A DNA stretch of 20,000 nt from an uncultured virus (IMG/VR IMGVR_UViG_3300032050_009172) (Duplodnaviria; Heunggongvirae; Uroviricota; Caudoviricetes), in the IMG/VR virus record IMGVR_UViG_3300032050_009172. One strand, 5' to 3'. The notes beneath the pieces were generated by a model that ran no database searches, was not told the DNA's origin, and was given only the letters and a program-made list of their open reading frames with translations. This document shows, piece after piece, positions 1 to 6,180 of the stretch (position 1 is its first letter; every line of letters starts with the position of its first letter). Position numbers and translations under genes: made by a program.

Positions 1-1043
1 ATCAGCTGGCTTGTTCGAGACACAAACTGTTCTCGTTGAGCAGGTGAGTGCTGTATTGTTTCTAGCATACTACATGTATCAGTCATTAACTGTTTTTGTG
101 TTTTGGTAAGTTTTGCAACTGTTAGTTGTTTTTGTATAACTGCAATCAACTGCTGACGTTCGAGAGTGGTAAGCACTTCTGACTGTAGCCAAACAGGATA
201 AGATAAAGGGATCACATTAAATGGCAGTCGACGGACATTGGCGTATTCAAACAGTTCAATGATATTTTGCAAATTTAAAAATTGCAACACTGCCGACAAA
301 TGTATCTTTGCTCCGGGCAATGCCTGTTGTAGTGCAACAATGTTTGATTGCACAACTGACCATTGTGCCGGATAGCGTAAAAATTCAAATGTTGGCCCAG
401 TACCGTCTACACTAACCATCACATCAAGGTCAGATATTTTTTGTAACCGCTCAAGATGTTTTTTGGTTAGTTGAGTGGCATTGGTAATAATTCGTGTTTT
501 AAGATTTTTTTCAATAACCGCATCGAGCAATTCAATATTGTGTTTGGTTACAAAAAATTCGCCGCCAATAAAACCTATTGATTTAAGGTCTGGCAACTGT
601 TTAATAACTTCAAGTGCATGATCTTCGTGATTGATCACTATTGATTGTTTAATCCATCCAAGTTTGGCATATTCCTGACCTGATTTGGTACTATGAGAAG
701 GATTGCACGACAAGCAACTGAGATTACATGCGTTGCCAGGGAAAATTTCCAAGTCAACAATTTTAGTTTTGGTTTCATGCTCAAACACTTTAATATACTT
801 GTTTCGGATACTAGGCAAGTTATTATCTTCGTCTACTTTGCATGCCTTGCATCCATCTGGCAATGATTCTTTTGTAAGCAAATGTTGCTGAAGAGACGCT
901 AGTTCAGATGATTGCAAATAATCATTAATCGTTGCGTACTGCTTGATAGGTTTGTAATTGCAACAAGGCCTAACAGTTGGATTGAGATCTTTATCAGTAT
1001 ACATATGAATACTAACAAATGGTTTTGGACAATATTTGTTCAT
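1..1043 (-). CDS. Radical SAM protein with N-terminal twitch/SPASM-like Fe-S domain (3' end runs off window; absent from ORF track)
   Basis: Manual translation from ATG 1043: MNKYCPKPFVSIH...VRPCC...GCKAC...DLEIFPGNACNLSCLSCNPSHST...GFIGGEFF...IITNAT; CxxxCxxC and GGE motifs; no in-frame stop seen near position 1. Confidence 0.9.
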   Translation of the reverse strand, partial: MNKYCPKPFVSIHMYTDKDLNPTVRPCCNYKPIKQYATINDYLQSSELASLQQHLLTKESLPDGCKACKVDEDNNLPSIRNKYIKVFEHETKTKIVDLEIFPGNACNLSCLSCNPSHSTKSGQEYAKLGWIKQSIVINHEDHALEVIKQLPDLKSIGFIGGEFFVTKHNIELLDAVIEKNLKTRIITNATQLTKKHLERLQKISDLDVMVSVDGTGPTFEFLRYPAQWSVVQSNIVALQQALPGAKIHLSAVLQFLNLQNIIELFEYANVRRLPFNVIPLSYPVWLQSEVLTTLERQQLIAVIQKQLTVAKLTKTQKQLMTDTCSMLETIQHSPAQREQFVSRTSQL

Positions 1044-1104
1044 TCAAATACTTATTTTAAAAAGGAGAGTCTGTCATGAATAGTGACAAGAGTGACAAGA
1101 TACC

Positions 1105-1179
1105 GGGGGTGTGGTGAAACGGTATCACAGCAGACTTTTAATCTGCCAATTTCGGGTTCGAATCCCGGCGCCCCTACCA
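1105..1179 (+). tRNA. tRNA-Lys(TTT)
   Basis: GGGGGTG/CGCCCCT acceptor, GCAGA-CTTTTAA-TCTGC anticodon arm, TTCGAAT T-loop, CCA. Confidence 0.93.
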
Positions 1180-1270
1180 TATAAAAACACATTCAACTAA
1201 TGACACGGGTGGTAGCCGTGTATCTTAGTGGGCTAACGAACTACTACGCCTGAGTGTGTTCCTATATGGT
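1176..1270 (+). ncRNA. Putative structured RNA between tRNA-Lys and tRNA-His
   Basis: ACCATATAAAAACACATTCA (1176-1195) pairs with TGAGTGTGTTCCTATATGGT (1251-1270); two internal hairpins with complementary loops. Confidence 0.6.
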
Positions 1271-1342
1271 GACGTTAGTTTAGTGGCAAAACCGCGGGTT
1301 GTGATTCCGCTGTCATGAGTTCGATTCTCATACGACACCCCA
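1268..1342 (+). tRNA. tRNA-His(GTG)
   Basis: G-1 and C73 present; GCGGG-TTGTGAT-TCCGC anticodon arm; one A:A mismatch in acceptor stem; CCA. Confidence 0.92.
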
Positions 1343-1347
1343 GACAT

Positions 1348-1439
1348 GCCCCTATAGTTTAATGGTAAAACGGCGGATTTATATCCCGTAAGCAACAGAT
1401 AATTGGTTCATCTGGGTTCGACTCCCGGTGGGGGTACCA
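1348..1439 (+). tRNA. tRNA with TAT anticodon (nominally Ile) and long variable arm
   Basis: GCCCCTA/TGGGGGT acceptor; GCGGA-TTTATAT-CCCGT; ~22-nt variable region; TTCGACT T-loop; A73, CCA. Confidence 0.85.
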
Positions 1440-1444
1440 AACAT

Positions 1445-1519
1445 GGATGTATAGCATAATGGTAGTGCGCCTCCTTCATACGGAGTCAAGTGGTAGTTCG
1501 ACTCTACTTACATCCACCA
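1445..1519 (+). tRNA. tRNA-Met(CAT), elongator-type (Ile2 not excluded)
   Basis: GGATGTA/TACATCC acceptor with paired 1:72; CCTCC-TTCATAC-GGAGT; CCA. Confidence 0.88.
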
Positions 1520-1531
1520 AATAGTTTTTGT

Positions 1532-1605
1532 TCGGGTATAGTGTAATGGTAACACTACAGACTTTGACTCTGTCATTCTAGGTTCGAGCCCTAGTACCCG
1601 TGCCA
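1532..1605 (+). tRNA. tRNA-Gln(TTG)
   Basis: TCGGGTA/TACCCGT (U1:U72 mismatch), ACAGA-CTTTGAC-TCTGT, G73, CCA. Confidence 0.92.
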
Positions 1606-1611
1606 AGTTTT

Positions 1612-1686
1612 TGCCGTGTAGCTCAGAGGAAGAGCAATCGCTTGATAAGCGATAGGTCGACATTTCGAAACTGTCCATGGCAACCA
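1612..1686 (+). tRNA. tRNA-Ile(GAT)
   Basis: TGCCGTG/CATGGCA, ATCGC-TTGATAA-GCGAT, atypical T-arm GACAT-TTCGAAA-CTGTC, CCA. Confidence 0.88.
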
Positions 1687-1693
1687 AATGATC

Positions 1694-1722
1694 TTTACAA
1701 CAGTGTCTGAGTGTTGTATAAT
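1694..1722 (+). promoter_or_regulatory. Sigma70-type promoter inside the tRNA array
   Basis: TTTACA-17 nt-TATAAT upstream of tRNA-Gly. Confidence 0.7.
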
Positions 1723-1734
1723 AAGTATTTTAAC

Positions 1735-1808
1735 GCAGGGTTCGTATAGTGGTAATACCTTAGCCTTCCAAGCTAAAGCGAGGGGTTCGATTCCCCTACC
1801 CTGCTCCA
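1735..1808 (+). tRNA. tRNA-Gly(TCC)
   Basis: GCAGGGT/ACCCTGC, TTAGC-CTTCCAA-GCTAA, U73, CCA. Confidence 0.95.
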
Positions 1809-1821
1809 CAAGGAACAAACA

Positions 1822-2040
1822 ATGGACATGGATCAAGCGGCTGTATTCTTAGCTGGTAGTATTTTGACAGCAATAGGATTTGTAGTGATTGTGGCGGCGG
1901 CTGTTGCTGTCAACAACATCATAAGTCGTTACTGGAAGCCTGTAAAAATTTTCACAGCAGACAGTTGGAATCTGGGCCACGGCACAAGATTTGCTGAACC
2001 CCATGAACTTGACAAAAGTCAAGAACCCAAAGTAAAATAA
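1822..2040 (+). CDS. Small predicted membrane protein
   Basis: AAGGA RBS; hydrophobic N-terminal helix; fills the gap between two tRNAs exactly. Confidence 0.75.
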   Translation: MDMDQAAVFLAGSILTAIGFVVIVAAAVAVNNIISRYWKPVKIFTADSWNLGHGTRFAEPHELDKSQEPKVK

Positions 2041-2046
2041 AATACA

Positions 2047-2123
2047 CGGAGTATAGCACAGCCTGGTAGTGCGCCTGGTTTGGGACCAGGAGGTCCGAGG
2101 TTCGAACCCTCGTACTCCGACCA
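2047..2123 (+). tRNA. tRNA-Pro(TGG)
   Basis: CGGAGTA/TACTCCG, CCTGG-TTTGGGA-CCAGG, CCA. Confidence 0.95.
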
Positions 2124-2129
2124 ATAGAT

Positions 2130-2205
2130 GTAGGTGTGTGCCGAATGGCTAGGCGCCGGATTGCAAATCCGTATAATGCAGGTTCGAGTCCTGTCACCTA
2201 CTCCA
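2130..2205 (+). tRNA. tRNA-Cys(GCA)
   Basis: GTAGGTG/CACCTAC, CCGGA-TTGCAAA-TCCGT, U73, CCA. Confidence 0.92.
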
Positions 2206-2208
2206 AGT

Positions 2209-2392
2209 TTAGAAAAGATGTGTGAAAAACTCATTGACTATGGGCCCAACTGCTAGGGACCTTAACGTTATCCAGGTGCCGCTGGGATTAAGTTCCAGAC
2301 TGCTAGTCACAGTCGAACCATGTGCCAGGAAGGATGTGAGCTACCCGAAAGGATGTTCAGTACCTTTAAACGCAAAGCAGTATCTTTTTTAA
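2209..2392 (+). ncRNA. Putative ~185-nt structured ncRNA between tRNA-Cys and tRNA-Ser
   Basis: Closing helix 2209-2219/2382-2392, several nested hairpins, GAAA tetraloop, TGACTA/TAGTCA loop-loop complementarity; no credible ORF. Confidence 0.65.
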
Positions 2393-2399
2393 TTTTTTA

Positions 2400-2490
2400 G
2401 GAAGTGTGGCAGAGTTGGTTGATTGCAGCAGTCTTGAAAACTGCCGGCTCCGAAAGGGGTCCGTGAGTTCGAATCTCACCACTTCCACCA
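2400..2490 (+). tRNA. tRNA-Ser(TGA)
   Basis: GGAAGTG/CACTTCC, GCAGT-CTTGAAA-ACTGC, long variable arm with GAAA loop, CCA. Confidence 0.95.
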
Positions 2491-2495
2491 TATAC

Positions 2496-2570
2496 GGGTG
2501 ATTAGCTCAGCGGTAGAGTCGCTGCCTTACACGCAGTTTGTCGGGAGTTCGATCCTCTCATCACCCACCA
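2496..2570 (+). tRNA. tRNA-Val(TAC)
   Basis: GGGTGAT/ATCACCC, GCTGC-CTTACAC-GCAGT, CCA. Confidence 0.95.
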
Positions 2571-2575
2571 TTCAT

Positions 2576-2651
<76 letters not shown>

Positions 2652-2652
2652 G

Positions 2653-2856
2653 TTAGATTTTAGGTGTAAGATGTTTGATGCGTTGATTCACCACATGCTC
2701 GACTGAATTGTCGTTGTAGGCCATAGCAGCCAGCAAGCCTGTTAGATATCCGCGCTCGTAGGCCAACTGTTGTTGTTTGGTCACAAACGTTTTGCCCAAT
2801 GTTTCCATTGCAAGCAAACGCTCTATTTTTTTGATGGAGTCTTGTTTGGTTTGCAT
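2653..2856 (-). CDS. Hypothetical protein, 67 aa (MQTKQDSIKKIERLL...)
   Basis: C-terminal part of ORF 2653..3114; fits between tRNA-Phe and tRNA-Leu; TAAATA 4 nt upstream of ATG. Confidence 0.7.
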   Translation of the reverse strand: MQTKQDSIKKIERLLAMETLGKTFVTKQQQLAYERGYLTGLLAAMAYNDNSVEHVVNQRIKHLTPKI

Positions 2857-2867
2857 GATGTATTTAA

Positions 2868-2944
2868 GCCCCGGTGACGGAATTGGTATACGTGTTGGTC
2901 TTAGAAGCCAAATTTTAGGAGTTCGAGTCTCCTCTGGGGCACCA
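2868..2944 (+). tRNA. tRNA-Leu(TAG), short variable loop
   Basis: GCCCCGG/CTGGGGC, Leu-type D-arm, TTGGT-CTTAGAA-GCCAA, variable ATTTT only, A73, CCA. Confidence 0.9.
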
Positions 2945-2982
2945 AATTTAATGTAGCTTGCACAGACTTTTAAATACACTGT

Positions 2983-3756
2983 ATGGCTACAATTACTCAA
3001 ATAGAACAGTACTGGGATCAACAACCTTGTAATATAAAGCATGGGTTGGCACCAGAAGGCACAGAAGAATTTTGGAACAACATCAATCGTCGTAGATGGT
3101 TTGTTGGGCCGCATTTGTGGCAGTTGGCCGACTTTGAAAACTGCAAGGGACGGCGGGTGCTAGAACTAGGATGCGGCATTGGATCTGATGCTGAACAATT
3201 TGTACGGCATGGTGCTGAATACGTTGGGATTGATCTTAGCAGTCGTAGCATAGAACTTTGTGAGCAGAGATTTACTGTTATGGGATTAGATGCTGAATTC
3301 TATCACATGGACGCAGGCGACAGTCAGCGTGTTGCAGGGCTAGGACAATTTGATATGGTGTATGCTTGTGGTGTATTGCATCACTATCCCAATGTAGAAC
3401 AAGTGGTCAGCAATGCTTACGCAAGTCTAGCATCTGATGGGGAGTTTCGTTTCCTAGTGTATGCTCGCAACAGTTGGAAATGGGCAATGATTCAGTCTGG
3501 GCTGGACCAGTTTGAAGCGCAAGACAACTGCCCATATGCCAGAGTTTACAGTCAAGGAGAAATACAAAAACTGCTGGACGTACACTTTGATATCAAAAGC
3601 ATCAAGCAAGATTACTGTTTTATGTACAATGTAGAGCAGTACAAACAAGGAAATTATGTGTTGGAACCATGGTTTGCTGCCATGAGCGATGCACAACGCC
3701 AGGCTGTCAATCAACAGCTAGGTTGGCATTTAAGCGTGATTGCCGCAAAGCAATAA
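2983..3756 (+). CDS. Class I SAM-dependent methyltransferase
   Basis: VLELGCGIG motif I, GIDLS, FDMVYACGVLHH. Confidence 0.9.
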   Translation: MATITQIEQYWDQQPCNIKHGLAPEGTEEFWNNINRRRWFVGPHLWQLADFENCKGRRVLELGCGIGSDAEQFVRHGAEYVGIDLSSRSIELCEQRFTVMGLDAEFYHMDAGDSQRVAGLGQFDMVYACGVLHHYPNVEQVVSNAYASLASDGEFRFLVYARNSWKWAMIQSGLDQFEAQDNCPYARVYSQGEIQKLLDVHFDIKSIKQDYCFMYNVEQYKQGNYVLEPWFAAMSDAQRQAVNQQLGWHLSVIAAKQ

Positions 3757-3775
3757 ATACAAAAAGGAGATTATT

Positions 3776-4075
3776 ATGGCTATAGTTGCTAAAACTGTGT
3801 TGGTGTATGCGTCTGTAGAAGATCGAGAAACAGCAAGAACTATTATCCCTTGGAGTAATTATTTACAAATTGTTGGAGACGGTGGGCATGATGACTTTAC
3901 TGTGGTTGGTACCGCAGGTCTCGACCCGTCAGAACTAGGTCCCACCCATTTAACTGTAACTCGAAAATGGGAAAACAAAAAAAATGCAGAAGACTTTGTT
4001 GAATGGATGACTGCACAACTTTCAACTTTTAGTGTTGTTCCTGTGTCATTTACTGTAGAAGATTATACAGAATAA
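3776..4075 (+). CDS. Hypothetical protein, 99 aa
   Basis: AAGGAG RBS before ATG 3776; TAAATA at 3754; terminator downstream. Confidence 0.75.
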   Translation: MAIVAKTVLVYASVEDRETARTIIPWSNYLQIVGDGGHDDFTVVGTAGLDPSELGPTHLTVTRKWENKKNAEDFVEWMTAQLSTFSVVPVSFTVEDYTE

Positions 4076-4105
4076 CGCATGATCAGATTGTCTGACACAA
4101 GTTAT

Positions 4106-4140
4106 AAAAACAGTAGGCCAGTCCTACTGTTTTTTTTTTT
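4106..4140 (+). terminator. Intrinsic terminator, possibly bidirectional
   Basis: AAAAACAGTAGG-CCAGT-CCTACTG followed by T11. Confidence 0.85.
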
Positions 4141-4146
4141 GCAAAT

Positions 4147-4223
4147 GCCCCGGTGACGGAACTGGAATACGTGTCTCTCTCAAAAGGAGAATTCTGAGGG
4201 TTCGAATCCCTCCTGGGGTACCA
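4147..4223 (+). tRNA. tRNA-Leu(CAA), short variable loop
   Basis: GCCCCGG/CTGGGGT, TCTCT-CTCAAAA-GGAGA, variable ATTCT only, A73, CCA. Confidence 0.9.
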
Positions 4224-4252
4224 CTATCAATAAATATTTTTGAAAGTTGAAA

Positions 4253-4723
4253 ATGAAAAAGCTCGATATAGCATCAGTAGCAGAATTTATCCAGAAACAA
4301 ACGCCCGAAACTCGCATCTACCTTGGCTGCGACTCTGAACGAATCAAAATTGACGGTACCTGGTATGCCGACTATGTGTTGGCCATTGTGGTACACATCA
4401 ACGGCAACAACGGCTGCAAACTGTTTGGCGAAGTTCAACGCGAGCGTGTGTGGGACGTGAAACCAGGCAAACCTGCCATGCGTTTGATGACCGAAGTGTA
4501 CAAGGTTTCAGAACTGTATTTGAAACTGGCTGACGTACTAGAAGGCCGTCAAGTTGAAGTTCACTTGGACATCAACCCAGACGAACAATACGGTTCAAGT
4601 TGTGTGATCTCGCAAGCTGTGGGCTACATCAAAGGAACATGCAATGTGATTCCGTTTGTGAAGCCAGAAGCATTTGCAGCATCATACGCGGCAGATAGAT
4701 TTAAGAGTTTACGAGCTGCCTAA
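4253..4723 (+). CDS. RNase H-like YkuK (DUF458) family protein
   Basis: IYLGCDS, AIVVH, RLMTEV, EVHLDIN, KPEAFAASYAAD motifs. Confidence 0.85.
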   Translation: MKKLDIASVAEFIQKQTPETRIYLGCDSERIKIDGTWYADYVLAIVVHINGNNGCKLFGEVQRERVWDVKPGKPAMRLMTEVYKVSELYLKLADVLEGRQVEVHLDINPDEQYGSSCVISQAVGYIKGTCNVIPFVKPEAFAASYAADRFKSLRAA

Positions 4724-4736
4724 TAAGTAACGGAAT

Positions 4737-4810
4737 GCAGGATTAGTTTAGGGGTAAAATAGAACCTTGCCAAGGTCCAGTCACCAGTTCGATTCTGGTA
4801 TCCTGCTCCA
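4737..4810 (+). tRNA. tRNA-Gly(GCC)
   Basis: GCAGGAT/ATCCTGC, GAACC-TTGCCAA-GGTCC, U73, CCA. Confidence 0.92.
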
Positions 4811-4814
4811 CTTA

Positions 4815-4888
4815 GCTCTCATAGTATAAAGGCATTACACTACATTGGTAATGTAGAAACACTGGATCGTTACCAGTTGGGAGCACCA
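4815..4888 (+). tRNA. tRNA-Thr(GGT)
   Basis: GCTCTCA/TGGGAGC, CTACA-TTGGTAA-TGTAG, atypical T-loop ATCGTTA, CCA. Confidence 0.88.
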
Positions 4889-4893
4889 ATTCT

Positions 4894-4968
4894 CGGCCCT
4901 TGGTGAAATGGATATCATGCTTGTCTTCGAAACAAGCGGTGGGAGTTCGATCCTCTCAGGGCCGGCCA
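4894..4968 (+). tRNA. tRNA-Arg(TCG)
   Basis: CGGCCCT/AGGGCCG, CTTGT-CTTCGAA-ACAAG, A20, G73, CCA. Confidence 0.92.
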
Positions 4969-4990
4969 ATAAAAAACCTCAAACTCCGTC

Positions 4991-5046
4991 ATAGAAAAAT
5001 ACAATAGCAAAATGCCTTGACTTAGGTATGTTCTATACTATATACT
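4991..5046 (+). promoter_or_regulatory. Rubrerythrin promoter with upstream OxyR-like half site
   Basis: ATAG-N7-CAAT (4991-5005); TTGACT (5017)-18 nt-TATACT (5041). Confidence 0.5.
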
Positions 5047-5070
5047 AGTGATGTCACTATAGGAGGAAAC

Positions 5071-5508
5071 ATGACACAATCTGTAAAAGGTACCCGTACC
5101 GAAGAAAACTTGAAGGCGGCATTTGCCGGAGAATCGCAAGCCAATCGTCGATACTTGTATTTCGCAAACATGGCCGACGTAGCAGGCGACAATGACGTTG
5201 CTGCCTTGTTCCGTTCAACTGCCGAAGGCGAAACTGGACATGCACACGGTCATATGGAATACTTGATCGAAGGTGGTGCTGGAGATCCCGCCACTGGCAT
5301 GAGTGCCAAATCTGTTGAGCAGGCTCTGGAAAGTGCTATTCATGGCGAAACACATGAATACACTGACATGTATCCTGGCATGGCCAAAACTGCCAGAGAC
5401 GAAGGCTTAGACGAGATTGCTGACTGGTTTGAAACACTGGCCAAAGCCGAACGCTCACATGCCAATCGTTTCACCAAAGCCCTGGCTGCTCACAAAGAAG
5501 CACAATAA
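5071..5508 (+). CDS. rbr: Rubrerythrin (short form, no fused rubredoxin domain)
   Basis: [40 protein letters not shown] di-iron motifs; AGGAGG RBS. Confidence 0.95.
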   Translation: MTQSVKGTRTEENLKAAFAGESQANRRYLYFANMADVAGDNDVAALFRSTAEGETGHAHGHMEYLIEGGAGDPATGMSAKSVEQALESAIHGETHEYTDMYPGMAKTARDEGLDEIADWFETLAKAERSHANRFTKALAAHKEAQ

Positions 5509-5518
5509 GGAGACGGAA

Positions 5519-5647
5519 ATGGAATACGTATGCACTGTATGTGGCCATGTCCACAATGAAGAGACAGATGGTAAATTTGACGATTTGCCAAAATACTATA
5601 ACTGTCCAGAGTGTGGTTGCGGTAAGGAAGAATTCCAGGCAATGTAA
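5519..5647 (+). CDS. Rubredoxin
   Basis: MEYVCTVCGHVH...DDLP..YNCPECG..KEEF; two CxxC; AAGGAG RBS. Confidence 0.9.
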   Translation: MEYVCTVCGHVHNEETDGKFDDLPKYYNCPECGCGKEEFQAM

Positions 5648-5648
5648 C

Positions 5649-5696
5649 TTGACAACAATGTAGAACTGTGTTATACTGGTTCTACATTGTTAAATA
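5649..5696 (+). promoter_or_regulatory. Sigma70 promoter within a 13-bp inverted repeat, followed by TAAATA
   Basis: TTGACA-17 nt-TATACT; AACAATGTAGAAC (5654-5666)/GTTCTACATTGTT (5679-5691). Confidence 0.75.
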
Positions 5697-5701
5697 GTTA
5701 T

Positions 5702-5875
5702 ATGAACGATCCAAAATCTTCCAAACTCACTGACGCTGTGCGAGAGGCTCTTGCCAAAAAGCATGAGGCTGCTCGACCCACAGTAAAAACCAAAACTACC
5801 AAGACCAAACAAAACTACGGCGCACCAATGATCAAAGGAGCACCTGTTAGAAAAGCCAGCGGAAGAGGTGGCTGA
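5702..5875 (+). CDS. Small basic hypothetical protein
   Basis: ATG 5 nt after TAAATA; TGA/ATG overlap with next gene. Confidence 0.7.
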   Translation: MNDPKSSKLTDAVREALAKKHEAARPTVKTKTTKTKQNYGAPMIKGAPVRKASGRGG

Positions 5876-6180
5876 TGGCTAACGACTTTGCTAAATTCAA
5901 AAACTCAGCTCGCCGTCATAAAACAGATGTTGCAATTGCTAGACAAGTCAAAATTGCCAAAAGTCATAGCACCTACAACTTACGAAGCATTAGGCAAACA
6001 CATCGCCTGGCCAAACATCATGCCATGGACTGCGGCAATCCTGCATGTTACTTGTGTGGCAATCCACGTAAGACACATAAAGACAAACTTACAGCCCAAG
6101 AGAAAAAACTATTTCAAGATTTAGATTCCCTCAACCACCATCACTCAAACGGAAACAACAATGAAAATTATTCACAGTAA
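5875..6180 (+). CDS. Basic hypothetical protein with possible Zn site
   Basis: HAMDCGNPACYLCGNPR; coupled to neighbours. Confidence 0.75.
   Translation: MANDFAKFKNSARRHKTDVAIARQVKIAKSHSTYNLRSIRQTHRLAKHHAMDCGNPACYLCGNPRKTHKDKLTAQEKKLFQDLDSLNHHHSNGNNNENYSQ

Noticed and set aside
703..891. Plus-strand 62-aa ORF
   Set aside because: Lies opposite the radical SAM gene, which has clear motifs
1591..2234. Minus-strand ORFs 1591..1836, 1849..2124, 1952..2197, 2019..2234
   Set aside because: Antisense shadows of tRNA genes (GFEP/GIEP/GLEP peptides come from reverse-complemented T-arms)
2315..2341. GAACCATGT..GGAAGGA resemblance to SRP RNA helix 8
   Set aside because: Lacks the conserved CAGG/AGCAG internal loop and the long SRP hairpin
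2209..2392. Assignment as tmRNA, RNase P RNA, group I intron or theta/HDV ribozyme
   Set aside because: No tRNA-like Ala ends or tag ORF, no GAGGAAAGUCC, no full P7 context, flanking tRNAs are uninterrupted, and no HDV topology directly after the tRNA
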